Part shown: positions 50,344 to 62,419 of the stretch, one piece after another | Layout of the letters: every line of letters starts with the position of its first letter | How positions within the stretch are numbered: position 1 is the stretch's first letter | Source of the DNA: Adineta vaga | Lineage: Eukaryota; Animalia; Rotifera | Reading direction: 5' to 3' | Assembly: GCA_021613535.1 (NCBI GenBank) | Contig: CP075495.1 | Location: forward strand, 310,001 to 374,000 | DNA: 64,000 bases | Translations under genes and position numbers: made by a program | Notes under the pieces: generated by a model | Told to the model about the DNA's origin: nothing | The model's database searches: none | The model's input: only the letters and a program-made list of their open reading frames with translations

Positions 50344-51581
50344 GATGAACTTTTGTCTTCTTTTGGATTTTTAATTTTTAAAATATCAAATGAATTAGAG
50401 AGGATTTTAATTGGATAAAATATATGATTAGATATAGTTGAGAATGTTATTGAAAATGGATATTTCAACATTTGAAATTCATGATATTCATCTTCAATAA
50501 ACGGAAATGAGCAAATGAGGCAACTCTTTTCTTCTTTTTTGTCAATGAAAAAAACAAAAAAAAATTTTATTGGAGAAAAAATCATGTCGAGTTGATCAAG
50601 AATCGATTGTCCCATTTTATCGTATAATTCGTGATAAATTATAGTTAAAGTTTTAATTCATTTTCGATATGAAAAAAATTCATTTGATCTTAATCAGTTT
50701 TATTCATCAATATGTAATGTCTGTGTTTATTTCTGCAAAGATTTTACAATTATTTCGGAAATACAATGTCGACGTCTTTCAATCTGTGAATCCACCAAGC
50801 TAATCATTTTACTAAAAATATTAAAGAATGAATAAATATAGTTTTAGAGATATTTTCACAAATTTTCAAATAATTTATAATTTGTTAGTCAGAAAATGTC
50901 ACAAGATTATTAAACAATGATATTCCAATAACTTGAGAATATCATACGATGAAGCTTATGATTGTTGAACATCGATTAATCTTGATGAAAAATCATTTAA
51001 TAGTTTCAAATAAAATTGTTATAGGGATCGTGGCGGTGATACCCCACACTTACAGAAAACATCTTCTCTCACTAACAAAAGCATTCGAATGAAAATGAAA
51101 AATAATCCAAAAATAATTTATTTTTATTTTTAAACAAAGTTGAATTTGTCAATTATCTATTATTATTCATTACTTCATTATTCATAAATACGTCGATTTT
51201 TTGTTAAGTTTTAATTGATCATTCAACTCGATATAACGAATGATCAATTGAATCTAAATCTTTTACTTGATAATAATAATAACTTCGAACGTATTCAAAT
51301 AGTTTCATTAATTCGTTTCGTATTCGATATTGACAATAAACTGATATTCATCATTCTATATTCTTCATTAGTGTTAAACTTGAAACTTGAATTTTCAATT
51401 GAACAGAACTTTCAAATTCTACATATATGATTTCTTAATAAATGTTTTATTTAAACATAATTTATTTTGTCATTCAACAAAATAAAACATAAGTACGATC
51501 ATCTTTAAATATCTTTATTTACTTTTCTTGTTTATCAAAAAATGTTTCTATTGTGTATATAAAAAGATAAAAGAAAAATTA

Positions 51582-53098
51582 TTATTCATATTGAAGATCA
51601 AATTTTTGTATTCGATGATTATCTTTATCTGCAACAAAAAGATTTCCATGTCGATCAAATGAAATTCCTTTAAGACTATTAAATTGATCAGCATCATTAC
51701 CTTTTGAATTTCCTCCGACAATAATAGTACCATCTCTTGAATCTTTGATCCATCTCATAATTCTATCATTACCTGAATCAGCAATATAAATATTTCCTAA
51801 ATGATCACCAATAATTCCTCTTGGAAAAGATAATTGTGTTAAATGATCACCTTGTCCATAACCACCTGCAATAACAATTCCAATTTTTGAATCTTTAAAC
51901 CATTTCATAATTCGATGATTTAAAGTATCAGAAATATAAATTGAATAATCTTGATCAACAAAAATATAAGTTGGAAAATATAATTGATCATAACCATTTC
52001 CTTGTCCATTTCCTCCAGCAACAATAGTTCCATCTAAATCTCCTTGTTTCCATTTTCTAATTTCATTATTTTTCCAATCCGAAACATAAAGATCTCCATT
52101 ATTATCCATCGTTAAACCCCAACAATTAATATTTGAAATAATTGTTTCAAAATTTCTTTCTTCACCTCTAAACCAACGAACAACACGACAATTTCTATAA
52201 TCACAAATAATTAATGAATCATTTCTTTTATCAAGAATAACATCCGTTGGATAATTTAATTGATCCATTCGATTTCCTTCCCCATTTCCTCCAACAATAA
52301 CTTCCCCATTAATTCCACATTTATATTCAATAATTCGATGATTTCCACAATCAGCAATATAAATAGTTCCATAATTATCATCAATACATATCCCATATGG
52401 TGAATGTAATTCATTATTATCTTCAATATCTCCAGCAACAGTTACACCAAATTCTTTCCATCGACTATTATTTGCAATTCTCAATGATGGAATAAATTTT
52501 CCTAAAAAAAGATAGATGTCACTTTAAAATAACAATTTTATCTATTAGATTGTTTATTATAATATTATAAATAATTCTTACCAAATGATCCAACAACTGA
52601 AATTTGATTAATAAAATTCGTTGAATTTTGTTGAATATAAATATTAGGTGAACGATGAAATTGTTGTTGTAATTTTTTTAATTTATCTTTAAAATGATTT
52701 AAATCAATTTCATTAAAATCATTTTGTTGTCGAAGTTTTCTTAATTGTTCAGTTAATTTCATAAAACAAATATCAATTTGATGAAAATATTCATTTGTAT
52801 GTTTAAATAAGATTTGTTTACATTGATTTGCTGTTTGATGAATTAATTCAATAGATTTTTCTTCCCATTGATCAATTTGTTTTATTAATAAATATTTATC
52901 AGGTAAATTTATTTCATCATTAAATGTTTCTTGAAAAAGATCACGTTTTAATTCTAAATGATCTAATTGACGATTTAATTCTTGTTGATGAATTGTTAAA
53001 TGATCATAACAAAAATCTTGTAAACATCCTGAACATGTTGAAGTAAATCGTTCTTTTCCACATTTTATACAACGAGATTTTTGAATTTCAATTGGCAT
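51582..53098 (-). CDS. B-box-like/coiled-coil/NHL-repeat protein; exons 53098-52582, 52501-51582
   Basis: CxxC..CxGC..FCxxH, coiled coil, then ~6 NHL repeats (L.SPYGI, QLNYPTDV, QLYFPTYI, QLSFPRGI; AD..NHRI). Intron 52502-52581 is in phase. Confidence 0.9.
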
Positions 53099-54864
53099 TT
53101 TTATTCAATGACTTTATTTAAGAATAAATATTCGTATATGAAAAGAGAGATAGACATTCATTTATTTACTTATCGTATATTCAAGGATTATATTTTCTCG
53201 CATTGAATAAATGATTTTTATCTATAGAATAACAAAAATATTAATCAAGGATAAATATATATATATTCATTTTATATATTTAATTGAACATTTTATTTTA
53301 GTTTTATTTATTTAATAAATCAATTTTGAAAAATATTTTATATCAAAATTTTATTTTTATATGAAAAAAAAAGAAAAGAAAAGAAATAAAGGAGAGATGA
53401 ATAAATGAATCAATGTTATATCAAGGTACTTTTTTTTGTTTTTAGATTTATTATATTGATGAAGAAAACCTTCGTTATGCAATCATATTGGATTATTTTA
53501 CAAGAAGAAGAAAAAAACTAAATTTTATTTCTTATAAAGTATGTAAATATTTGAGTATTGTTTGATAATCATCACCAATTGTTAAAATAATTGCAAGAAA
53601 AAATTTTAAAACCCAAATATAAATTCGTATAAAAATTGTTCGTTGTTGACGTCGTGTTAATTTTAATGGAATTTCTTGATCATTTTCCATGATTCTTCTT
53701 TCAAATGATAAAATAAACAAGAAGTTTTATTTCAATGACGTTTTTTCTTTTCTTTTTTCTTCGAGATTTTAATTAAAACGATGACGATAAATTATTCTGC
53801 TTCAATTCACAAAACGGTTTGTTTTAAATTACACGATTAAATGTTTAAACTTTACAACCGTTCTTTTTAGAAGTATTAGACTTCGACTCTATCGGATTGA
53901 TTGACCTGTCTATGTTCAACTTGAAAAACAGAGATATTCAAAAGATGATGATCCATTGTTATTGTTCTCCGAAGATAATCTTTAGTAAAGTGTACATTTA
54001 CATTGTAAACAAGTAACATTAGATTTGTAATAATTTGAGTTTGTCAATTCAGATTATCCTCCGGTCAAGTTTTATAAACAAATAATTCTTTTTTATTTCT
54101 ACATTGTTTTTCAACCAATCCGTTAAATGCGCGGATAGACAAATAATTTCTTCTCTATAAGAGATAATTTAATGTCGTTTTTTTTATTTCTTTTTAAATC
54201 AAAATTTATTGAAAACATTTGTTTATTAATTATTTCAATTTAATAATGCCAAGAAGAAATCAAAATTCTGTCCGTCTTGAAACAAAAATTCGTGAATTTC
54301 ATCTTACTCGTCGTTTAGTATTGAAAATTAGATCTTTTTATTTTAATGAAAAACGTTATCGAATATCATTTGATTTTGAAATCAAAATCTAAAACAATTT
54401 TCATCTCTTTCATTTTTTTTTCTTTAAATAAAATCCATTACGAAGGTGATGAGATTTTTTAATTAAATTATTTCAATAAAAAGAGATAAAACGGAAGTTA
54501 AGAATTTCCTCAAGTTAAACATGATTTCTTTTTCATAATGTTCATAGAGAAATTCAATGAAATTGTAACTTTCTAAGAAAAATCTATTTTTATTTGGAAT
54601 CGACACGACACAGCTTCATAAACTTAGCTATTTAACAGTTCTTTTGAACGACTTGGACTTTTTGAATAGTTCAATTCAAATAAACTGAACTGTCCAAATA
54701 GTCCGTCAGTTCAAACTGTATATACATCATCTTGATCTAATTAAGACAAACATTGTTTTCTTTCATATAGAGAAAGTATTTAATATTTCTAATAGATATT
54801 ATTTGGACTTTATACAATACCAATTGTCTCAATATTTCTTCGAAAACATTTTTATTTTAATAAA

Positions 54865-55974
54865 TTAAATTGTTTGTAAATAATTTCTTCTCATTTGAAG
54901 AAATGGTTTTTCAATTAGATGATAAGTTAAAGTTGATATAAGTATTGTTATTGGTAATATAATTAGAAAAGAAGTTAAAATAGCATTAAAAAGAAAATTT
55001 GATGAAATTTTTAAAATTATTTCATATTTTGCAATATGTAATGCAATAAAATGATGTAAAAGATACATTGAATAACTAATTTTACCAATATTTGTCATCA
55101 AATTGAAAACTTGATTATTTTTATTATGAAAATAATGTAAATAACCAATAATAAACAATGCCCAAAAGAATCCTTCAATTGTTGTCCAATTAATAATCCA
55201 TATAAAATGAATATTTTTCCATCCATTATATCTATGAAAAAGAAATAAACTTAAAATAATTCCAATAAAACCCAATGGTAAAGTCCAAAAGAATTTTTTA
55301 TTTTCAATATGAAATTTTTTCAAAATAAATCCAGCAATCATTCCACACATAAATTGATCTAATCTTCCAAGAATTGTCCAATAACAAATGTCATTTAATT
55401 TCGCTCCTTCAAGTAATGCACTTATTCGGATAAGAAATGTTAAAATAAACATTAAACAAAAATATAATAAACCTTTTTCATATAAAATCGAATTTAGATG
55501 AGGAAAAATAAGATAAAATTGAAATTCAACAGCAATTGTCCAAAATACAATTGTATATTCTCCAAGACGAAGTGATTGATTTAAATTTTGAAATGGTAAA
55601 ATTATATAAAGAAATTTTTCCATAGAAAATTTCCAATGATAAACATTTATTCCAATTATTGTTAATGTTAACATTAATGGATAAATACGTAAAATTCTAT
55701 TTGATAAAAATTGAAAATAATCAAGTTTTTTATTTTTTTCATTTCCATATGTAAATATAAATCCACTTAATACCATAAATAATGAAACAGCTGTATGTCC
55801 TTCAATTATTAATGATATTAAAGGATTTTTTGTTAATGGTAATTTATTATTTTGTTTATCTGAAGATGATTCATGAATTAATAATATACCATGATAAATT
55901 ACAATTAATATAGATGCATATGCACGAATATGATCAATTGAACATATATATTTTATATTTTTACTTTCAACCAT
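54865..55974 (-). CDS. Acyltransferase family 3 (OafA/YrhL-like membrane O-acyltransferase), intronless
   Basis: IDHIRAYA..YH, AVSLFMVLSGF, RILRIYP, FWTIAVEFQFY, GKISYSMYLLH, YHLIEKP. Confidence 0.9.
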   Translation of the reverse strand: MVESKNIKYICSIDHIRAYASILIVIYHGILLIHESSSDKQNNKLPLTKNPLISLIIEGHTAVSLFMVLSGFIFTYGNEKNKKLDYFQFLSNRILRIYPLMLTLTIIGINVYHWKFSMEKFLYIILPFQNLNQSLRLGEYTIVFWTIAVEFQFYLIFPHLNSILYEKGLLYFCLMFILTFLIRISALLEGAKLNDICYWTILGRLDQFMCGMIAGFILKKFHIENKKFFWTLPLGFIGIILSLFLFHRYNGWKNIHFIWIINWTTIEGFFWALFIIGYLHYFHNKNNQVFNLMTNIGKISYSMYLLHHFIALHIAKYEIILKISSNFLFNAILTSFLIILPITILISTLTYHLIEKPFLQMRRNYLQTI

Positions 55975-56813
55975 TTCTTCTTTTTTTTTTTCTATATCAA
56001 TAACAAATCAAATATACAGCATGTTCGTCTATCATGAAGAGGATAATTTTATGCTTCATTGCTTTCGTCTTATAGATTCATAATAAGAACATAAAATGTG
56101 CGTTTTACGAAAGGAAAACAAATATTAAACTAATCATTTTATATAATAATTCAAAATTCGAAGAGAATGAACATTATGAATTTTCTTTGATAAAGGTTGA
56201 GGATGTGTGTTCAATAGACGAATAGTTACATCCACATCCTAAAACAATCGTTTAAAGAACAAATCTATATTCTAATAAAATCCAATGTAAATGATTAATT
56301 TGCCTTTGATTTGATTAAAATAATGAATATTTCCTTACTAAATCTGAAAAACAAAAGATAAATTATTGTAATACTTGATGATTAATCAATTGATTTGTCT
56401 ATTCATTATTAAACAAAGGATTTATTTTATTTACTATTTCTATGAATTTCTCATGTTCTCTTTTCATTCAATACAAAATCTTCATAAAGGTAAAGTAAAA
56501 CTCTTTCTTTAAAATTATTTTTATCTATTTTCTTTTCCTATTTTTATCAATATTAGATGAATAATTCTATATTCATGATTAAATCCTTGTAAATCTTCTA
56601 ATGACTTCTAGAAATATTATGAATCTATATTTTTCTCAAACAATTTTTTGTCATTAGTATAATTATTTAGTTCCATTGAATAATGAGAAGACTAAATGAA
56701 TTAAAAAAATCTTTCTTTTTTCTTTTTTTAATAATTCTAAAACATGAAAAAAAGAATTTGTTTTTCTCTTAGATTTTTTGTTTATTTATTTGAAAGTAAA
56801 ATATATTTTAAAA

Positions 56814-58482
56814 ATGAATTTTCCATCTCTTTCTTCTGAAACTCCTGGTGCTGTTTCATCAATGATGTCAAATATAATTTCAATACCAAATTCTTTATCA
56901 ACTAATTCGATTATTCCATTATTAAAACAAAATAATCATGAAAATGAACAAAATTTAACTTTACGTAAAAGACGTGCATCTCCAAGAACAATTTTAATGG
57001 CTGAAATAAGTCGAAGATTATTAAAACGAAAAGTTTTATATAATCAACTGTAAGAAATATTTGTTTTTTTTTTTTTAAAATAAAATTCTTTTTTAGTTAT
57101 AAAATTAGTATAATTATGTGTTTTCTTGGTTTATTTGGAATTATTTTAATGATAATTAATAATGAAATGATATTTTTAAATATTTCAAATAAAAAATTAA
57201 ATATTTGTTGGTTTATTAAATTATTAATAACAATAACAACAATAATTCTTGTTGGATTTGTTTTTTATTATCGTCGATTAGATTTAGATTTATATGCAAT
57301 TAATAATTCATTAAATCATTGGCGTGTTGGATTAACAACAACAAAAATATGTTTAACTTTATTTGAAGCATTGATTTGTTTAATTCATCCAATTTCATTA
57401 ACAAAACCATTTATAACAAATATTCAAAATACAACGAAATTTAATTCAACATCACAAAATCAAATTACTTTAGATGTTGCACTTGGTTTACCAAGTAAAA
57501 AGAAAAAAAATGAAATTTGATTTTTCTTAAAAAATATTTTTTATTTTTATTTTAGTGTTTGCTCGTTTATATTTAATTTGTCGTTTTATGATGTTTAATT
57601 CACATTTAGTTCGTGATGCATTTTCTCAATCATTAGGTTCACTTAATCAAGTATCAGTTAATTTTCATTTTCTTCTTAAAACATATCTTCAACAATGGCC
57701 AACAAGATGTTTATTTATTTTTTGTATTTTACTTTTTTTAATTAGTAGTTGGTCATTAAGAGCTTGTAATTATAAATCAACTATTGTACAAATATCAATA
57801 CTTGATGCAATGTGGTTATTTATTGTCACATTTAGTACTGTTGGTAAGAATATTAATTCTTTTTTTTAAAGAATTTTAAATTTCTTTTTAGGTTATGGAG
57901 ATTTAACACCAACAACTTTTTGTGGACGAAGTATGTAAAGAAATAATTTGAATAAAAGATAAATAAAACTAAAAATAAAATATTTAAGCTGTTGCTGCAA
58001 TAACAGCAATGATAGGTGTATTATCAACAGCTTTATTAATATCTGTACTTGCACAAAAACTTGAATTAAGTCGATCAGAAAAATATGTTCATAATTTTGT
58101 TTTAAATATGAAAATAGCTAAAGAACGACGACATCAAGCAGCAAATGTGATTAAATTTGTTTTAAAACTTTGGTTTTTAAAACGTAAACATGAATTATCA
58201 TCAAATCAATATATTTCAACACAACGTGGTTTAGTTCGTTCAATACATTTTAATCAAAAATTAAAACAAGAACAAAAACGTTTAATTGATAATTGTATTG
58301 GTTTACCTGAATTAATTGTTACACAACGTCATACAAATGATAAAATATATGAAAATACAAATATTTTAAATCAAATGAAATTAAAAATTGAAATTATTGA
58401 ACATAAAATTCATCAAATTGATCATACAATGATTAATATACAAAATACACTTCAATTATTAATTAATAAAATATCAAAATAA
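56814..58482 (+). CDS. Small-conductance Ca2+-activated K+ channel (SK/KCNN-like), 5 exons
   Basis: LGLFGIILM, ICLIHP, MFARLYL-like S4, SWSLRAC, DAMWLFIVTFSTV|GYGDLTP pore, AQKLELSRSEKYVHNF CaM-binding region. Short GT-AG introns. Confidence 0.92.
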
Positions 58483-58920
58483 ATATTTTAAGAATAAAAA
58501 TAAGAAGTTCTTTTTTTTTCAAAATTAATCTTTTGTCACCAGAGAACGAATATTTCCGTTGGTGAAATTTTACATTCAATATTATTTAGATTTCCTTCAA
58601 GATACATCTTTCTTACCTTGATTATCTTATTTCATCATTAAAATATATTTCAAGAATATGAAACTTTATTTACACTTTCGTTATCGAGGTGTCCTCTTCT
58701 ATGATTCTGAAAATTTCCGTACATTCAGAGCGAGTACATAGTGACCTTTTAAAAGGCTTGAAAGGATTCTAATAGGAGAATTAAGTTTTACTATATCTGC
58801 TTTTGAAAAGTTCATGTGGAGAACCTCAATCTACAATTTGTTTCAACTAGTGAGCGAAATTAAGATTTTTAATAGGTCACTATATATACTCTGAGAATAT
58901 AAAGTTATTGTCTCGTAAGA

Positions 58921-59916
58921 TCAATGTTTTCTATTGTTATATGATGAGTTTATTTGTCGAGTTCCATTTGTTCGAGTAAAAGGTATTTGATTGACTGTAA
59001 TAATTTGTGGATGAATTGTATTTTGTTTTATACGTCGATAAAGATGAATTATTTGAATAAATTTTCGTCTAAATTCTGGTAAAGAAAAAAAAGAAACAAA
59101 AGGAAGAAATATTGTAATAAGATAAGATAAATATAAAGTTGACGAATAAAATTCTGAAGCAAATGAATAAGATAAACCAGATGAATAAAAACAAAGTAAA
59201 ATCATTGGAGGAAAAAGAAAAAGAAAATAAATTGAAGAAATTGATAATAATTGAATTGTCATTCGACGATATTTTTTCCATTGAAATCTTTGATTTAATC
59301 GATATTTTTTATACCAAATTCTAATTATTAATAAAATACTAAATATAATAATACTAAATATTGGTAAAATATTATTTATTAAACCATCCCAAAATGATGT
59401 TAAACCATTTGCATAACCACAATTTGTTAATCCACATCGTGTTTTATTTTCATTAATTGATATTGGACAAGATATAAAGAAAATAATTATAAAATAATAA
59501 ATTAAGGGATAAAAAGTTAAACATAACATTGGAAAATAATGAAAAAGAATTCGTTTAAATTTTGTTGAAAAGATATTTTGATGAAAAATAATTAAATGTC
59601 TTTCAATTGATATCCAAGTTACAAGATAAGATATTGATGCAAATATTGAAAAATCAATATAAACCCAAATAAGACAAAATATACGTGATGAAAATAATAT
59701 ATTTCCTCGTCGATAAAAATCAATTAACCAAATAATATCAGTTAAATTATAAAATAATGATAAAATTAATATTAATATAAGAACATGATTACTTAAGATT
59801 TTACGAAATGTTCGATCAATTAAATAATAATATAAGGTTATTATTGAACAAAATATTGATGGAATTAAAAATATTATATATAAATAAAAACGTATTAATG
59901 GAGATATTGTTGTCAT
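58921..59916 (-). CDS. Orphan rhodopsin-family GPCR, intronless
   Basis: 7 TM segments; FCLIW, WISIERH, RRMTIQL, FLPFV..SLPE. Confidence 0.85.
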   Translation of the reverse strand: MTTISPLIRFYLYIIFLIPSIFCSIITLYYYLIDRTFRKILSNHVLILILILSLFYNLTDIIWLIDFYRRGNILFSSRIFCLIWVYIDFSIFASISYLVTWISIERHLIIFHQNIFSTKFKRILFHYFPMLCLTFYPLIYYFIIIFFISCPISINENKTRCGLTNCGYANGLTSFWDGLINNILPIFSIIIFSILLIIRIWYKKYRLNQRFQWKKYRRMTIQLLSISSIYFLFLFPPMILLCFYSSGLSYSFASEFYSSTLYLSYLITIFLPFVSFFSLPEFRRKFIQIIHLYRRIKQNTIHPQIITVNQIPFTRTNGTRQINSSYNNRKH

Positions 59917-60148
59917 TCTTTAATCAAACGAAATAGTTTGGAGAATAAATTCAAATCTTTTCAAAAGATTAACTTTTATATATTAGATGATTATATGTCA
60001 TAAACATTCAGTTTTCTAATTAATATTTTTCATCAAAAACAGATCAAATGACGTAGAAACAGATGAAATTAAAATACAATTGACGTCGTTACATTTTCAT
60101 CGAGAAAACTCTCGAAGGTTAATTAATAAAATCAAATCTTCTGTCTTT

Positions 60149-60235
60149 ATATTCCCTCGACTCCAACAAAAGGTCATATGAAAAAAAAAAGAAACTTTCG
60201 ATATCTATGTTCCTGTTAGAATCAAAGGTCAAAAA
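60149..60235 (+). repeat. Relic of the 5' terminus of the same Helentron family
   Basis: tattccctcgact...aaggtcatatgaaa...tcaaaggtcaaa matches the reverse complement of 29565-29641 (tattccctcgactgtaaggaaggtcatatgaaa...tcaaaggtcaaac). Confidence 0.7.
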
Positions 60236-60574
60236 CAATCGTAAACAAGATTATTGGGATATGATAAGGTGTTATATTTATATGTGAATTGTTTTTAAAT
60301 AATCGAAGCGTAATTAAAGAGAAGAATGTGTATACAACTCTATGTGATTTGCTCAGTTGATTGAATAATGAATAATATTATAATCAGTCGAGGATTAAAT
60401 GAATCTTCATTCACGAACATTAATTATTATTCTATTTAATTAATTATAAATATATGTTGTATGACAATTGAAATGAAAAATGACTTTCAATTCCCTAATG
60501 ATTAATAGATCATATCTTAAATACACAATATATATATATATAAACAAGAAATAAGATTAGAGATTCATCTCATA

Positions 60575-61667
60575 ATGTTGTTAACAAATAATTCGTTGTT
60601 GAATGATGAAAATGATTTGCATTGTAATTTATTAAAAATAATTGGAATATTTTTATGTTTATTTTCATTTCTTGGAATATTTTTTAATGGAATTCTTTTA
60701 TATTATTTTATTAAATATAAAACTCTTCGAATTCCTTCAAATATTTTCATAATATTTATTTTATTTATTGGTTTTTTTGCTTCATGTACAATTTTACCAA
60801 CAACAGGAATTTCTTCAATTTATTGTTATTGGTTATTTGGAAATATTGGTTGTCAAATTGAAGCAATTATGGCTTTTCTTTATGGTTGTTCAACTTCATA
60901 TTTACTTTGTGCCATTTCAATAACAAGAACATTAATTATTATTAAACCATTTTATGCTAAACAAATTAATGTAAATTTTAGTCTTTTCTTTTCTTTGAAC
61001 AAATTAAATGATTTCATTTTTAGATGAAAAAATGTTTAACAATTAGTTGTATTTGTGTATTTATCTCATTTCTATGGACAACATTTCCATTATTTGGTTG
61101 GAATGAATATATTCTTGATGTTTGTAAATTAATTATTTGATAAAGAAAAAGAAAAAAATTATTTTCCTTTTTCTTTTTTAGAAAATTGGAACATCATGTT
61201 GTATTAATTGGAATGATCGTCGAATATTATTTGTTTCATTTAATTTCTTTTTATTTCTTTTTGTTTATTTAATTCCATTAATTATTCTTTGTATTACAAA
61301 TTTAATTATTTATTTTAGTTTAAAACGAATTAAAAATAAAATTGACAAAGGACAAATAACAAATTTTAATCAAAAAAAATTCGAAATGGAAAAACGAATT
61401 GTTCGAACAATTTTAATAACAATATCAGGATTTATGTTAACATGGACACCATATGCAATTCTTTTCTTTCTTTTAGCTTTTTATCCAAATCAATTTATTA
61501 TTTCACCTATTTTAACATTTCTTTGTGCTTGTTTTGCTAAATCATCTGTTATGTGGATTCCAATTCTTTATTTAACAACTTCAACTTATTTTCAATGTTC
61601 TTTTATTAATCAAAATTATTTACAAACACAAATACAAAATAAAAAAACTTTTACACCAATTGATTAG
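60575..61667 (+). CDS. Opsin; exons 60575-60970, 61024-61119, 61182-61667
   Basis: LRIPSNIFI, WLFG..GCQIEA, PLFGWNEY, GTSCCINW, LTWTPYA, and retinal-binding Lys in ACFAKSS. Introns in phase 0. Confidence 0.88.
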
Positions 61668-62419
61668 AATTTTAACAGTTTTATCTTGTAAATCATATTC
61701 CAATGCTTTTTTTTGACAAAGAAAAAAACAATAAATGTAACATTAATCACCATATTAAAAAAGATTTGTTTCATTTTTTTTTTAATTAATATTTATAATT
61801 TATTGTTTTAATCATCTGAATAATCAATCAGATCTTTTCTTCTATATTTCATAAAAGAGAACATTAAGATTTGATAGATCTTATTGAATTAATATGATAA
61901 ATAGGACTTCTATATATATCTTTTCTTTTCTTTTCTTCTTTAATTTGAAAATATTGTATATCTAAATGAAAAATATTTACAAATGAAATCTTACTTATTG
62001 ATCAGATATTTGAATTTAATAAATATAGAAATAATATTGTGTTACGAGTCTGTGATCAATCACTTGACGATAAATTTCAATTTATGTTTAACTCTTCTAT
62101 TAAGATATTATAAAGTCATGAAAAAGTAACATTTTATGTGAATATTGAGAAGCAAAAATCTCTATTTATTTATATCATTCATTTGTTCTCAACTTTATCA
62201 GAATTTCATTCGACTTTTAAGGATTAAGACGATCTTCTCGGATAGTAGAAGGTGTCGGTTCGAGTTTCATGAAGGTCATATTTTTCGTCATTAATCTAAT
62301 ATATAGTTAATCTATTGAACAAAAGTATGAAAATAAAATATTTATGATTAGAAATAGATCACTAAATGTAAATGATATGATGATGATGATTTATTTAACA
62401 TTTTCTCTTTTTAAACAAA

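Noticed and set aside
53532-53720. Small ORF with a hydrophobic segment
   Set aside because: Too short and featureless to support without expression data.
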